A stretch of 64,000 nt of DNA from Arcobacteraceae bacterium (GCA_963662945.1 OY759974.1:1120001-1184000), one strand, 5' to 3'. Positions 1 through 11,328 are shown, counted from the first letter of the stretch. The notes: generated by a model not told the origin, from the sequence alone. Translations and numbers: made by a program.

Positions 1-506
1 GCACCCAAAAGAGTTTTTCCAAAACCTGGCGGTGCAATACACAGAGAAAAATCTTTTTTCATAATTTGTTCTATAGCTTTTTGTTGTTCTGGACGTAACT
101 GATAGGTTATTTTAGGAAAAATAACCTCTTTATAAAGTCTTTTATCTATATATGTTGTGTCTAGATTATTTTTTGAAAAAAGTTCAATAACTCCTCTCAT
201 CAAACCTCTAGGTAATATAAGTTTTCCATTTTCATTATCATAACTTTTTAAAAATCTTGGAGTATTGTAAATTGGTTTTCGTAAAAGTTGTAAAGTTTTT
301 ATCTGAGGATTTTCAAAAGTTGCCAACTGTTCTAAAGAACTAATTAGCTTTTTTGATAAATGGGAAGTTTCAATATATATTGCATCACTAAGTGATATAT
401 AACTTTTAATACTTTTTTGTTTTTTAGTTTCTAAAAACTCTATTTGTTTTTCTATCTCTTTTTTTTGTTCATATAAAGTTTTCAGTTCTTTATCAATATT
501 TTCCAT
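1..506 (-). CDS. DEAD/DEAH-box (ResIII-like) helicase, 5' part; runs off the window
   Basis: Manual translation from ATG at 506 gives MENIDKELK...LRPEQQKAIEQIMKKDFSLCIAPPGFGKTLLG (Q-motif plus Walker A). Not in the ORF track because it is truncated. Confidence 0.75.
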   Translation of the reverse strand, partial: MENIDKELKTLYEQKKEIEKQIEFLETKKQKSIKSYISLSDAIYIETSHLSKKLISSLEQLATFENPQIKTLQLLRKPIYNTPRFLKSYDNENGKLILPRGLMRGVIELFSKNNLDTTYIDKRLYKEVIFPKITYQLRPEQQKAIEQIMKKDFSLCIAPPGFGKTLLG

Positions 507-917
507 CTATTGTATAATATGATGTTCGTTAAGCTCCAACTTATTATACTTACTTGTTAAAGTTGAATTTCTTTTTTTACCTTCGCCTTCAAATACACCA
601 TTTTGTTCAATTAAAAGTTCATCATATTGCATCTTACCTATAACTTTTCCAAAACCTAAAATATTAACTTGTTCAACATCAAATAAACCATCAATTAAAC
701 CATTTACAGTAAGTACTTTTGATCTTATTTCTCCCAAAACTTCACCATTTTTTCCAATAGTTACATCTTGTGTAGCTACAATAATACCTTCAAATCTTCC
801 ATCAATAAAAATAGAACCTTGAGTATCTATCATACCTTTAAATGAAGTTCCACTATTGATTACTGTTGTGCCATCTTGTTGCTCTGATCGCTTACTAACT
901 TTACTAAAGATTCCCAA
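507..917 (-). CDS. Bactofilin (polymer-forming cytoskeletal protein, CcmA-like)
   Basis: TVINSGTSFKG...IDGRFEG...VTIGKNGEVLGEI...LLIEQNGVFEG beta-helix pattern; follows an M23 peptidase. Confidence 0.9.
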   Translation of the reverse strand: MGIFSKVSKRSEQQDGTTVINSGTSFKGMIDTQGSIFIDGRFEGIIVATQDVTIGKNGEVLGEIRSKVLTVNGLIDGLFDVEQVNILGFGKVIGKMQYDELLIEQNGVFEGEGKKRNSTLTSKYNKLELNEHHIIQ

Positions 918-1732
918 TTTACTCTCCTTTGTTTTTCAAATATATCTTCATAATTTTTCATTCCCCAATCAATAAAATGACGAGGATCTAAAACTTTACT
1001 TGCATGTATAACTTCATAATGTAAATGTGGACCATTACTTCGTCCACTATTTCCACTTCTACCTATCACTTGCCCTTTTTTGACAAAATCTCCTACTTTA
1101 ACATCTGCAAATCGAAGATGTCCATATACTGTTTCAAAACCAAAGTTATGAGATACTATTATAACTCTACCAAAAGTTCCTTTATTTTTATCTTCAACAT
1201 ACCTTACAACTCCATCCGCTGTAACATGAATAGGTGTTCTTCTAGCTGCTCTTAAGTCAATCCCTTTATGGAATTGTTTTTCATTTGTTACAGGATTTGT
1301 TCTCCATCCAAATTTTGAAGTTGTTATACACTCCTCAAGTGGACAATTATTTGGTATTGTTTGTAACATATAACTTTTTTCAGCAGAAGTGAGTTTTGCT
1401 AAAGTTGCTCTTTGAATTAAATCTGTTGTATCATCAACATTGATTCCAATAATATCTTCTATTTTTTGTAATTCATCACCAAGTTCTTTTATTTGTGTTA
1501 CTTTTGCCTCAATTTGATTACTATACAAACTATTTTCTTTTGTTAATAAATCTCTCTCTTTTGAGAGTGAATTTACACTTGTTGCCAATCTAGAGATGGT
1601 AAAGAAACTTAAACTAACTATAGTAAGTGTTACAAGTATAACCCATAAAATAATCTTTTTTATAATCTTATTTACATTATAAGACCTTGAGTTATTAACA
1701 TCCGAAACTGTAATTACTAATCTATCTTTCAT
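860..1732 (-). CDS. M23 family peptidoglycan endopeptidase (Csd1-like)
   Basis: N-terminal TM segment, coiled coil, HKGID and HLHYE zinc motifs. Confidence 0.9.
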   Translation of the reverse strand: MKDRLVITVSDVNNSRSYNVNKIIKKIILWVILVTLTIVSLSFFTISRLATSVNSLSKERDLLTKENSLYSNQIEAKVTQIKELGDELQKIEDIIGINVDDTTDLIQRATLAKLTSAEKSYMLQTIPNNCPLEECITTSKFGWRTNPVTNEKQFHKGIDLRAARRTPIHVTADGVVRYVEDKNKGTFGRVIIVSHNFGFETVYGHLRFADVKVGDFVKKGQVIGRSGNSGRSNGPHLHYEVIHASKVLDPRHFIDWGMKNYEDIFEKQRRVNWESLVKLVSDQSNKMAQQ

Positions 1733-2859
1733 ATACCCCTAAAATCCTTTAAAAAATTCTCAACAACAATAAACGACCCAAATACAAGGTAATTTTCACT
1801 TTCTCTCATATTCATTATATCAAAATAATTTATATTTAAGCATAAACTCTTTATAAAATCCTCTAAAGAATGAGTATCTACCATTCTTTTATCATTACAT
1901 TTTATAATTTGTATTTCCTTGATATAGGGATGTAAAATTCTTAAAACCTCTTTATAATCTTTATCTTTATAACTATTATAGACTAAAATCACTTTTTTAT
2001 TTAATTTTTCTAATTCTTTTGCTATAACTTTTGCAGCAAGAGGATTATGTCCAACATCAATCGTTATATTATTTGTCAATTTTTGAAATCTACCGAAAAG
2101 TTTAGGTAATTTATACTCTTGACAATCAATTTTTAAATACTCTAATACACTCAAAGCTACTTGTAAATTATTTTGTAAATATAATGGTAAATCTTGGGCT
2201 TCTTTTGAAAGAAAATAAGACTTAAATTCTATTTCTATTTTATCTTGTAAAAGAGTTTTTTTAACATCATAGACTTCATTATTTATTTGTGGAGATAAAA
2301 TAAAAGCATTATCACAACTTCTCATTTTTGTTGTTGCAATTTTTTCTATAGTATCTCCTAAAAAACTTTGATGATCAAGATCTATAGTTGTTATAACTGT
2401 GAGATTATTTTCTACAACATTTGTTGCATCAAATTCTCCTCCTAAACCAGCTTCCAAAACTAAATACTCTAAGCCACTACTTAAATACAATGCAATCAAT
2501 GTTGTATATTCAAAATACGTTAATTTTTCAATCAAATCTTCTGACAATATCTCTTGGAGTTTTAGGTGAGCATTATTGAGTTCTGTTTCACTACTGTTAG
2601 TTCCATTAATCCATATACGTTCATTAAATTCTATGATATGAGGCGAGCTATAATGTAAAACTGTTTTATTTTTTTGTTCTAAAAAAGATGCTATAAATCT
2701 TCCCGTACTTCCTTTTCCATTAGTACCAATAATATGGATAACGTATGGTAAATGAATATGATGTTGTAAAATTTTCCAAGATTGATTTATAACATCATAA
2801 TCTATTTTGTCATAAAAAAGAGTTTTGTTTTCTAAAAACTCTACTAAACTACTTTCTAT
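1729..2859 (-). CDS. folC: Bifunctional folylpolyglutamate/dihydrofolate synthase
   Basis: The frame of track ORF 1729..2547 stays open upstream through IIGTNGKGSTG and HYSSPHI to an ATA at 2859, 5 nt after AAGGAG. LEAGLGGEFDATN and DVGHNP motifs present. Start codon uncertain. Confidence 0.85.
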   Translation of the reverse strand: MESSLVEFLENKTLFYDKIDYDVINQSWKILQHHIHLPYVIHIIGTNGKGSTGRFIASFLEQKNKTVLHYSSPHIIEFNERIWINGTNSSETELNNAHLKLQEILSEDLIEKLTYFEYTTLIALYLSSGLEYLVLEAGLGGEFDATNVVENNLTVITTIDLDHQSFLGDTIEKIATTKMRSCDNAFILSPQINNEVYDVKKTLLQDKIEIEFKSYFLSKEAQDLPLYLQNNLQVALSVLEYLKIDCQEYKLPKLFGRFQKLTNNITIDVGHNPLAAKVIAKELEKLNKKVILVYNSYKDKDYKEVLRILHPYIKEIQIIKCNDKRMVDTHSLEDFIKSLCLNINYFDIMNMRESENYLVFGSFIVVENFLKDFRGI

Positions 2860-2861
2860 AA

Positions 2862-3386
2862 CTACTCCTTAAAGCTATTTACTGCAATTTTGGAGAAAAG
2901 ATCACTTAATGCTTTTTTTGCAGCATTTTTCACAGCTTCTTGTTTTTGTTGATCAGAAACAAGAGAATTTGCTTCTACATTATAGTCATAATAATTTGAT
3001 ACCGAAATATATTTCTTTTGTTCACCAATTTTTTGATACATTACTGTAATTGTTACATCGGCTCTATAAGTTTTTGCATATCCTTCATTATCTGAAGCCA
3101 TTACACTATGTGTTACTCTTGCTAACCTTACCAATACTTGCGTATCTGCATTTTTTTTATCTTGAGTTAGTTGGGCATTAAATCTATTTAAAATCATCTC
3201 ATTCATAGCATCTTTTACTAAAACAGAATTTTGTGTATTTTCGATATCCATTTGAAGATCTACATACACTTTTCCACTAATCTCATTTTTTGCATAATAT
3301 GAGGTTGGTTTGTAGCCACAACCACTTAAAAAAAATAATGAAAATTGAACAATAAAAAAAGACATTAGAATAAATTTTAAATTCAC
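2862..3386 (-). CDS. lptE: LPS assembly lipoprotein LptE
   Basis: Lipobox LSGCGYKP; directly downstream of leuS. Confidence 0.8.
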   Translation of the reverse strand: MNLKFILMSFFIVQFSLFFLSGCGYKPTSYYAKNEISGKVYVDLQMDIENTQNSVLVKDAMNEMILNRFNAQLTQDKKNADTQVLVRLARVTHSVMASDNEGYAKTYRADVTITVMYQKIGEQKKYISVSNYYDYNVEANSLVSDQQKQEAVKNAAKKALSDLFSKIAVNSFKE

Positions 3387-3388
3387 TT

Positions 3389-5860
3389 TTAACCTTTAAC
3401 TACTAAATTTACTAACTTTTTAGGAACTACAATCTCTTTAATTAACTCTTTTCCCTCAATCCATTTTTTAGTATTTTCATTTTCTTTTGCAAGAGCTAAA
3501 ACTTCTTCATTTGAAGCATCTGGTGCTACTTCTATCTCACCTCTTTTTTTACCATTAACTGTTATCGCTAAAATAATACTATCTTGTACAAAAACTTCTT
3601 GTTTTATCTCAATCACTTTATCAAAATTACTTCTTGCAAATAACATATCACTTAATTCCCAACAAGTATGAGGAATAATTGGTTCTAAAATATTTGTTAA
3701 TATATAATATCCTTCTAACCAAATTGTAGGATTTTCTTGTTTATTTAAAGCATTTAAAGCTTCCATACAACTAGCAATTAACGTATTAAAAGTATATGTT
3801 TTATTCATTACCTCATCAGCTTTTTGTAAAGCTTCATAGATTTTTTTTCTAGCTTCTTTTTCATCTTTACTTAGACTACTGTGTTCAATTCTCTCTATTT
3901 TTGAAGCATTTGAACCTTCACATTTAGATACTGATTCATAAAATCTTCGTATAAATCTATATGCACCCTCAACTGCACTATCATTCCACTCTAACTCTTT
4001 TGTAGGGGGGGCAGCGAACATCATAAAAAGTCTTGCTGTATCAGCTCCATATTTTGCAACAATCTCATCAGGATCTACAACATTTCCTTTTGATTTTGAC
4101 ATTTTTGCACCATCTTTTAAAACCATACCTTGTGTAAGTAAGTTTTTAAATGGCTCAACACTATTTGCATACCCTAATTGATTTAAAGCTTTTGTGAAAA
4201 ATCTCGCATATAAAAGGTGTAAAATAGCATGTTCAATTCCACCAATATATTGATCAACATCCATCCAATAATTCGAATTTTCTTTATCAATACCTGTTTC
4301 ATTCCATTTTGATGGATTTGTTGCATATCGTAGAAAATACCAAGAAGATTGTACAAAAGTATCTAAAGTATCTGTTTCTCTTCGTGCAGGTTTGCCACAT
4401 TTTGGACAACTACAATTTTTCCAAGTAGGATGATTATCAAGTGGATTTCCCTCACCTGTAATCTCTACATCTTCTGGTAATGCAATAGGAAGATTTTCAA
4501 TTTTTTCAGGAACAATTCCACAATTATCACAATGAACAAAAGGAATCGGTGCACCCCAATATCGCTGACGCGAAACACCCCAATCTCGAAGTTTAAAATT
4601 AACTTTTTCTCTTCCTAAATTATTTTTCTCAAAATACTCTATTATCGCTTTTTTTGCAGTAACATTTGGCATATCTGTAAACTCATCACTATCTACAAGT
4701 ATCCCCTCTTCTGTGAAAGCTTCTTCAAGGTTAATAATACCCATTTTAGTATCTATAACTATTTTGATATCAAGTTTATATTTACTTGCAAACTCAAAGT
4801 CTCTTTGATCATGTGCTGGAACTGCCATAACAGCACCACCACCATAACTTGCTAATACGAAGTTTGCAACCCATACAGGTATCTCTTTTCCAGTTAATGG
4901 ATGAATTACAGTTATCTCTAAATCTAATCCTTGTTTTTCTTGAGTTGCTCTATCTCTTTCAGTCACTTTTTGCATAGCTTCAATTTGTGCTATCTTTTCA
5001 TCACTTACAAGTTTGTTTTCTACAATATATTTTACTATTTTATGCTCTGGTGCAAGTGCAGTATACGTCACCCCATAAATTGTATCTGGTCTTGTTGTAA
5101 ATACTTCATATTTTTCAAAATTATTATTTAGCTTTTGTTTTGTCTCATTGCTTAAAGTAAATTCAAACTCTAGTCCTGTACTTCTCCCTATCCAATTTTC
5201 TTGCATAGTTAAAACTTGCGATGGCCATTTCCCTTCTAAAGTTTTTAAATCATCAAGAAGTGTTTGTGCATATTTTGTAATCGCTACATAATATCCTGGC
5301 ATCTCTTTTTGCTGTACTGGTGTGTCACATCTCCAACAACAACCCTCTTCTACTTGTTCATTTGCTAAAACTGTATGACAAGGTTCACACCAGTTTACTA
5401 TTGAACTTTTTTGATACAAAAGTCCTTCTTCATACATTTTGATAATAAACTCTTGTTCCCATTTTGTATAAAGCTCATCACTTGTTGCAAATTCTCTTGT
5501 TTTTGAAAAACTAAGCCCTAAACCTTCAAGCTCTTTTCTCATATAATCAATATTTTCATAAGTCCATTTTTTTGGGTGCAATTTATGTTTTATCGCTGCA
5601 TTTTCTGCTGGCATACCAAAACTATCCCAACCAATTGGGTGCAATACATTAAAACCATTTTTTCTAAAATGTCTTGCAAATGCATCACCTAAACAATAGT
5701 TTCTCACATGCCCCATATGGATTCTTCCACTTGGATATGGGAACATACTTAAAATATATTTTTTCTCTTTACCGCAATCTTCATTTAATGGTTCAAAACT
5801 ATTATTTGTTGACCAAAATTTTTGCCATTTTGTCTCAATACTCTGTGGATTATAATCCAT
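3389..5860 (-). CDS. leuS: Leucine--tRNA ligase
   Basis: [13 protein letters not shown] (HIGH) and KMSKS motifs, 823 aa. Confidence 0.98.
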   Translation of the reverse strand: MDYNPQSIETKWQKFWSTNNSFEPLNEDCGKEKKYILSMFPYPSGRIHMGHVRNYCLGDAFARHFRKNGFNVLHPIGWDSFGMPAENAAIKHKLHPKKWTYENIDYMRKELEGLGLSFSKTREFATSDELYTKWEQEFIIKMYEEGLLYQKSSIVNWCEPCHTVLANEQVEEGCCWRCDTPVQQKEMPGYYVAITKYAQTLLDDLKTLEGKWPSQVLTMQENWIGRSTGLEFEFTLSNETKQKLNNNFEKYEVFTTRPDTIYGVTYTALAPEHKIVKYIVENKLVSDEKIAQIEAMQKVTERDRATQEKQGLDLEITVIHPLTGKEIPVWVANFVLASYGGGAVMAVPAHDQRDFEFASKYKLDIKIVIDTKMGIINLEEAFTEEGILVDSDEFTDMPNVTAKKAIIEYFEKNNLGREKVNFKLRDWGVSRQRYWGAPIPFVHCDNCGIVPEKIENLPIALPEDVEITGEGNPLDNHPTWKNCSCPKCGKPARRETDTLDTFVQSSWYFLRYATNPSKWNETGIDKENSNYWMDVDQYIGGIEHAILHLLYARFFTKALNQLGYANSVEPFKNLLTQGMVLKDGAKMSKSKGNVVDPDEIVAKYGADTARLFMMFAAPPTKELEWNDSAVEGAYRFIRRFYESVSKCEGSNASKIERIEHSSLSKDEKEARKKIYEALQKADEVMNKTYTFNTLIASCMEALNALNKQENPTIWLEGYYILTNILEPIIPHTCWELSDMLFARSNFDKVIEIKQEVFVQDSIILAITVNGKKRGEIEVAPDASNEEVLALAKENENTKKWIEGKELIKEIVVPKKLVNLVVKG

Positions 5861-6204
5861 TAATACTCATCCTTCTCTGTACTTTTTGCACTTTCAATTA
5901 ATGCTAATGCTACTGCAAATAAGTTTGCAACAACTGCACCAATTGCTAATGCTACTGCTAATTCTACATTATTTGTAAACGTAAATACTATAAATGCCGG
6001 TATAAGATGTAAATCTGCCACTAATGAACTTGCAAGTAACTCTGCTGATAATAAATTTCTCACACCAATTTTTAAAATTGTTGATATAACATTTACCCCT
6101 GCAGCTACAAAAAGTGCTACTGCGTTATGGTCGTATAAAAAACCTGCCGTGGTTGTCAAACTCATCAATGAAAAGAAAATATAAACTACTTTACCCCAAT
6201 CCAT
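5860..6204 (-). CDS. Small membrane protein (DUF6394-like)
   Basis: 114 aa, four hydrophobic segments, 1-nt overlap with the leuS start. Confidence 0.65.
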   Translation of the reverse strand: MDWGKVVYIFFSLMSLTTTAGFLYDHNAVALFVAAGVNVISTILKIGVRNLLSAELLASSLVADLHLIPAFIVFTFTNNVELAVALAIGAVVANLFAVALALIESAKSTEKDEY

Positions 6205-6276
6205 ATAATACTCCTAAAGTTCCAAATCTTAAATAATCCACGATTATAGTCAAATCTTAGTTATAGCTGGTTTAAA

Positions 6277-7848
6277 TTATAATAATTCTTTGAACATCAA
6301 ATTAAATTTCACTTCACCTCTAAACTCATTTTTAGAGATATTGGCTGTAAAACTTATCTTTTCTCCAATCATAACATCATCAAAATCAGAAAATATAACA
6401 ACTTCAATAGGTAAAGTTCCATTTGATACTATAAGTTTTGTATATTCTTTATTTTTCCCCATTTTTGTTACACTTACCACTTCCATATTGGAAAAAGTAA
6501 ATATTGGATAAGGATTTGTTATCCCATATGGTCTATAAGATTCTATAAGATTATAAATCTTTTCTCCAACTTCACTGATACAAAACTCACCTAAAGATAC
6601 ACTCTCATAATCCTCTTCTTGGCTTAATAAATCATCAATATTGCTATTGAGCATATTTTTAAATTGTTCTATTTTCTCACTTTGGATACTTAAACCTGCT
6701 GCTTGTTTATGTCCACCAAAACCATCTAAAACTTCACTACAACTTGCAATTAGTTTATATAGATCAACTTGAGAAGTACTTCTAGCACTTGCTTTTGCTT
6801 TTTGATTTTCAATACTCAAAACTATAGAAGGTTTTTTATATTTATCACATAATTTTGAAGCAACTATTCCTATAATTCCTTCATTCCATTTTTGACTTGC
6901 AACAACAATTACCTTATCCATTTCATCAACTTGTTCTTTTGCTTCATTAAAAATTTGTAGTTGTTCTTGTTTTCTTGCCTCATTAAGTTCTATCAAATAA
7001 TCAAGTTGCATATTCGCTTCAAACTCATCAAAAGAAAGTAAAAATTCTAGTGCAACAGAAGGGTCAGACATTCTTCCAGCACAATTTATGAGTGGTGCTA
7101 TTTTAAATCCAATATCTTCTTCTGTTATAACATCTAAACCATATCTTTGTCTTAAAGCAACCATACAAGGTCTTTGAGAATTTTGAATAGTTTTAAGTCC
7201 AACTTTTACCATAGTTTGATTCAAACTTTTCATTGGCATAATATCTGCAACAATAGCCAAAGTCATCAAATCAAATAGTTCCATCAAGTTATATTGAATA
7301 TTCAAACCATTTTTAATACTTGCACATAAATACCAAGCAACTTGTGCTCCACAAATTTCTTTAAAAGGAAATGAACAATCACTTTGTTTTGGATTCACTA
7401 TTGCATAAGCATCTGGGAGTTCTGTACCCACCGTATGATGATCTGTAATGATTAAATCTAAACCTCTTTTTTTGCAAATTTCTGCAGCTTCTATAGCACT
7501 AATACCATTATCAACTGTAATAATTATTCCATCATAAATTTGCTCTAAAATAATAGGACTTAAGCCATAACCATGTTCAAATCTGTTCGGAATAATATAA
7601 TGTACTTCAACACCCAAGCTTGTGAAAAAGTTTACCATCAAAGCTGTTGAAGTTACACCATCAACGTCATAATCCCCTACTACATTTATAGTTTCATCAT
7701 TTTTAATAGCTTGTATAATCCGTTGTGTTGCTTTTTGCATATCTTTAAAATTATCAGGAGTTGGAATACTTTTGAGTGTCTTATAAGCATCATCTTTCAC
7801 ACGGTTGTGTAAAATTTGTTCTATATCGTTTATTGTTAATCTATTCAT
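6277..7848 (-). CDS. recJ: ssDNA-specific exonuclease RecJ
   Basis: GDYDVDG, TVDNG, TDHH and GGHKQAAG (DHH/DHHA1) motifs. Confidence 0.95.
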   Translation of the reverse strand: MNRLTINDIEQILHNRVKDDAYKTLKSIPTPDNFKDMQKATQRIIQAIKNDETINVVGDYDVDGVTSTALMVNFFTSLGVEVHYIIPNRFEHGYGLSPIILEQIYDGIIITVDNGISAIEAAEICKKRGLDLIITDHHTVGTELPDAYAIVNPKQSDCSFPFKEICGAQVAWYLCASIKNGLNIQYNLMELFDLMTLAIVADIMPMKSLNQTMVKVGLKTIQNSQRPCMVALRQRYGLDVITEEDIGFKIAPLINCAGRMSDPSVALEFLLSFDEFEANMQLDYLIELNEARKQEQLQIFNEAKEQVDEMDKVIVVASQKWNEGIIGIVASKLCDKYKKPSIVLSIENQKAKASARSTSQVDLYKLIASCSEVLDGFGGHKQAAGLSIQSEKIEQFKNMLNSNIDDLLSQEEDYESVSLGEFCISEVGEKIYNLIESYRPYGITNPYPIFTFSNMEVVSVTKMGKNKEYTKLIVSNGTLPIEVVIFSDFDDVMIGEKISFTANISKNEFRGEVKFNLMFKELL

Positions 7849-7920
7849 TTTTTTATTATATCGTTTTTAAACTATTTTTAGATAAAATAATAGCTATTTA
7901 AATGAATTTAGGATTTATAA

Positions 7921-8841
7921 ATGGATAAAGCAAAATATATATGGATGGATGGTGAACTCACTCCTTGGGATGACGCAAAGGTACACGTTCTTACACATAC
8001 TCTTCACTATGGAAATGGTGCAATTGAGGGAACAAAAGCATATAAAACAGTTGATGGAAGATGTGCTATATTTAAATTAACTGAGCATACTCAAAGATTA
8101 ATTGATTCTTCAAAAATGACATTAATGAATGTACCATTTACAGTTGAAGAATTAAATGCTGCACAAGTAAAACTATTACAAGAAAATGAACTATTCGATG
8201 GTGCATACATTAGACCACTTGTATACTTAGGATATGGAGTAATGGGACTTTACCATAAAGAATGTCCTGTTAATGTTTCAATCAGTGCTTGGAAATGGGG
8301 AGCATACTTAGGTGAAGAGGGATTAAAAAAAGGTATTAGATTAAAAATATCTTCATTTACAAGAACTCCAAATACTTCAGGTATGGGAAAAGCAAAAGCA
8401 GTTGCAAACTACCTAAACTCACAAATGGCAAAATATGAAGCTGTAGAAGCTGGATATGATGAAGCACTTTTAAGAGATGATCAAGGATATGTTGCAGAAG
8501 CTAGTGGTGCTGCATTTTTTATGGTACAAAATGGAGTTTTAGTAACACCGCCAAGTGATAATGCACTAAAATCAATCACACAATCAACTATCATAGATTT
8601 AGCTATTGATATGGGTATCAAAGTTGAAAGAAGAAGAATCACAAGAGAAGAGATATATATTTGTGATGAATGTTTTTTAACAGGAACAGCTGCTGAAGTT
8701 ACACCTATTAGAGATGTTGATGCTAGAACTATTGGTTGTGGAAGTCGTGGACCAATAACAGAAAAACTTCAATCTGCATATTTTGATGTAGTTGCAGGGA
8801 AAAATGAAAAGTATCTAAAATACTTAACTTATATTAACTAA
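7921..8841 (+). CDS. ilvE: Branched-chain amino acid aminotransferase
   Basis: HTLHYGNGAIEG, KAKAVANY and TGTAAEVTP class IV PLP motifs. Confidence 0.95.
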   Translation: MDKAKYIWMDGELTPWDDAKVHVLTHTLHYGNGAIEGTKAYKTVDGRCAIFKLTEHTQRLIDSSKMTLMNVPFTVEELNAAQVKLLQENELFDGAYIRPLVYLGYGVMGLYHKECPVNVSISAWKWGAYLGEEGLKKGIRLKISSFTRTPNTSGMGKAKAVANYLNSQMAKYEAVEAGYDEALLRDDQGYVAEASGAAFFMVQNGVLVTPPSDNALKSITQSTIIDLAIDMGIKVERRRITREEIYICDECFLTGTAAEVTPIRDVDARTIGCGSRGPITEKLQSAYFDVVAGKNEKYLKYLTYIN

Positions 8842-8912
8842 TATAATTAAGTGGAGATAAAGTGGATTTTTATATTATAACAATCCATTTAAAAAAAAGA
8901 GGAAAGTAAATA

Positions 8913-10022
8913 ATGCCAATAGACAATGACTATTTTAAAAATAGACAAAAACAACAAAGCGGTTCTACAAATAGTAACAGTAGTGGAAACAATAACAACG
9001 GTGGAAATGGTGGAGGTGGATACGAACCACCATTTCAAGCACCTGACTTATTTAAAAACTTCAACAAACAATCAGGTATTATATATGGGATTATAATACT
9101 CGCTGTATTGCTATTTTTCACAAAACCATTTGTTATTATCAACTCAGGTGAAGTTGGTATTAAAGTAACAACTGGTAAATATGAGAATGAACCATTACAA
9201 CCAGGTTTTCATCTATACATTCCAGTTATTCAAAAAGTTATTACAGTAGATACAAAAGTAAGACTTATCAACTATATGACAGTTGAACAAATGAGTGGAT
9301 TTGATAGTGGTATTAAGTTAAATCCAGCTATTAATATTCTTGATGCAAGAGGGTTACCAGTCTCAATTGAACTTACTGTTCAATATAAACTTTTACCATC
9401 AGGTGCACCTGCTACGATTGCAACATGGGGACTTAGTTGGGAAGATAAAATCGTAAATCCAGTTGTAAGAAATATCGTAAGAAATGTTGTAGGTGAGTTT
9501 AATGCAGAACAACTTCCAACAAAAAGAAATGAGATTGCAACTATGATTGAAAATGGTATAAGAACTCAAATTGAAGCACTGGATGGGAAACCTGTATCTA
9601 TTGAATCAGTTCAATTAAGAGAGATTGTTCTTCCAGTAAAAATCAAAGAGCAAATTGAGAGAGTTCAAATTGCAAATCAAGAAGCTGAAAGATTAAAATA
9701 CGAAGTTTTAAGAGCGAAACAAGAAGCTGAGAAAAAAGCTGCTCTTGCAAAAGGGGAAGCTGATAAAAATAGAATTGAAGCACAAGGTAGAGCAGATGCT
9801 GTAACTATAGAAGCAAGTGCACAATCAAAAGCAAATAAACTTGTAGCAGAATCTTTAACAGAAAAACTTCTTCATATGCAACAAATCGAAGTTCAAGGAA
9901 AATTTAATGATGCACTTAGAGAAAACAAAGATGCAAAAATTTTCTTAACTCCTGGTGGTTCTACTCCAAATATTTGGGTGGATACTAAAGACACACAAAG
10001 AGCTACTGCGGTTAGCAGATAG
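8913..10022 (+). CDS. SPFH/prohibitin family membrane protein
   Basis: TM segment, band-7 domain (GEVGIKVTTGK, PGFHLYIP) and an AE-rich coiled coil. Confidence 0.9.
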   Translation: MPIDNDYFKNRQKQQSGSTNSNSSGNNNNGGNGGGGYEPPFQAPDLFKNFNKQSGIIYGIIILAVLLFFTKPFVIINSGEVGIKVTTGKYENEPLQPGFHLYIPVIQKVITVDTKVRLINYMTVEQMSGFDSGIKLNPAINILDARGLPVSIELTVQYKLLPSGAPATIATWGLSWEDKIVNPVVRNIVRNVVGEFNAEQLPTKRNEIATMIENGIRTQIEALDGKPVSIESVQLREIVLPVKIKEQIERVQIANQEAERLKYEVLRAKQEAEKKAALAKGEADKNRIEAQGRADAVTIEASAQSKANKLVAESLTEKLLHMQQIEVQGKFNDALRENKDAKIFLTPGGSTPNIWVDTKDTQRATAVSR

Positions 10023-10061
10023 TTTATAAAGAGAGATTTTTTTCTCTCTTTTTTTAATAAT

Positions 10062-10421
10062 ATGCAGAAAATAAAATATATAATCATTCTTATCTTAGCT
10101 TTATCATTGGTATTTGTATATATCCAATTAAGCGATTATGATAAAATATCAAATTCACTTTTACAACAAAACTCATCTTCAAGTAAAAAAATAGAAGACT
10201 TAGAAAGTCAAGTATCTACATTAAAAGCTGAAAATCAAGTGTTGCAAGATACAATTGCTACTCAAAAGCAAAAAATATTTTTACTTGAAGAGGAGTTAGT
10301 ATTGATTAAATATGATAAATCTGATTCTAATACTACAATAACTGACACAAATACTACAACCGAACCACCAATATTCCAAAAAGAAGAAAAATCACTTTTT
10401 GACAAAATATTTAACAAATAA
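10062..10421 (+). CDS. Hypothetical protein with membrane anchor and coiled coil
   Basis: N-terminal hydrophobic segment followed by heptad-like sequence. Confidence 0.6.
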   Translation: MQKIKYIIILILALSLVFVYIQLSDYDKISNSLLQQNSSSSKKIEDLESQVSTLKAENQVLQDTIATQKQKIFLLEEELVLIKYDKSDSNTTITDTNTTTEPPIFQKEEKSLFDKIFNK

Positions 10422-10431
10422 GAGGATAGAG

Positions 10432-11118
10432 ATGAGCAACATAATAGATACCATAGATTTTGAGAAACAGGATGGATTAATTCCAGTTATTACTCAAGAC
10501 AACCAAACAAATGAAGTTCTAATGCTTGCATATATGAATAAAGAAGCATTAGAACTAACTCTTAGTACAAATTTTGCTCATTATTTTAGTAGAAGTAAAC
10601 AACGAATTTGGAAAAAAGGGGAAAGTTCAAATCATACCCAAGAGGTTGTATCTATAAGTCTAGATTGTGACAATGACACTATTCTTTTAAAAGTAAATCA
10701 AAATGGTGTTGCCTGTCACACAGGAAGAAAATCTTGTTTTTTCACAGATATAAAAACAGGAGAAACTACAAGTGAAGTTGAAGTTGATACAACAGCTGCT
10801 TATGGTGTAGTAGATACTTTATATCATACTATCTTAGAGAGAAAAAATGATGACCCAACAAAATCATACACAGCAAAACTTCTTCAAGGAAAACAAAACT
10901 CTATGCTTAAAAAAATAGTAGAGGAAGCTGGAGAGTTTACTTTTGCAGTAAAAGACAACGACTCAGAAGAGATTATCTACGAAGGTGCTGATTTATTGTA
11001 TCATTGTTTAGTAGCTCTAGCAAGTGCTAATATAAGTCCAGATAGAATCAAACAAGAGATTGCTAGAAGATTTGGACTTAGCGGGATTGAGGAGAAAAAT
11101 TCAAGAGTAGAGAAGTAA
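10432..11118 (+). CDS. hisIE: Bifunctional phosphoribosyl-AMP cyclohydrolase / phosphoribosyl-ATP diphosphatase
   Basis: WKKGESS, DCDND, ACHTGRKSCF and KIVEEAGE motifs. Start moved to ATG 10432, which follows GAGGA. Confidence 0.95.
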   Translation: MSNIIDTIDFEKQDGLIPVITQDNQTNEVLMLAYMNKEALELTLSTNFAHYFSRSKQRIWKKGESSNHTQEVVSISLDCDNDTILLKVNQNGVACHTGRKSCFFTDIKTGETTSEVEVDTTAAYGVVDTLYHTILERKNDDPTKSYTAKLLQGKQNSMLKKIVEEAGEFTFAVKDNDSEEIIYEGADLLYHCLVALASANISPDRIKQEIARRFGLSGIEEKNSRVEK

Positions 11119-11137
11119 TTTAGATTACTTTTCTACT
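11106..11137. terminator. Hairpin between the originally convergent hisIE and mnmG 3' ends
   Basis: AGTAGAGAAGTAAT-TTAG-ATTACTTTTCTACT followed by a T-rich run. Confidence 0.65.
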
Positions 11138-11147
11138 TCTTTTTACT
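11133..11147 (-). other. Displaced native 3' tail of mnmG (AGT AAA AAG AAG TAG = SKKK*)
   Basis: Removing 11153..29760 and one TTTCA copy restores ...GAT ATG AAA AGT AAA AAG AAG TAG in frame. Confidence 0.85.
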
Positions 11148-11152
11148 TTTCA
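11148..11152. repeat. 5-bp target-site duplication, left copy (TTTCA)
   Basis: Identical to 29761..29765; immediately precedes the terminal TGT. Confidence 0.9.
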
Positions 11153-11280
11153 TGTGAGATACAATAAAGTTTGAGAATGCTTGTAAAGTCATGTATGCTC
11201 CGTGTTTACTAAGTTATACTGGATTATAAAGTCAATTTACTAATAACTAAGTAAATATTTTATTTAATAAAGTTTGATAC
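11153..11280 (+). repeat. Outer left end: terminal TGT plus widely spaced TnsB-binding sites
   Basis: AATAAAGTTTGA at 11163 and 11266; resembles the Tn7 end TGTGGGCGGACAATAAAGT. Confidence 0.85.
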
Positions 11281-11328
11281 TATAGTGAATTTTGTATATT
11301 GCTCTTAACTATGAGGAGTTCCTCATAG

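Noticed and set aside
860-917. 58-nt overlap between the M23 peptidase and bactofilin genes
   Set aside because: M23-bactofilin linkage is a known cell-shape locus arrangement in Campylobacterota.
8950-9025. Asn/Gly/Ser low-complexity stretch
   Set aside because: Ordinary disordered N-terminus of an SPFH protein.
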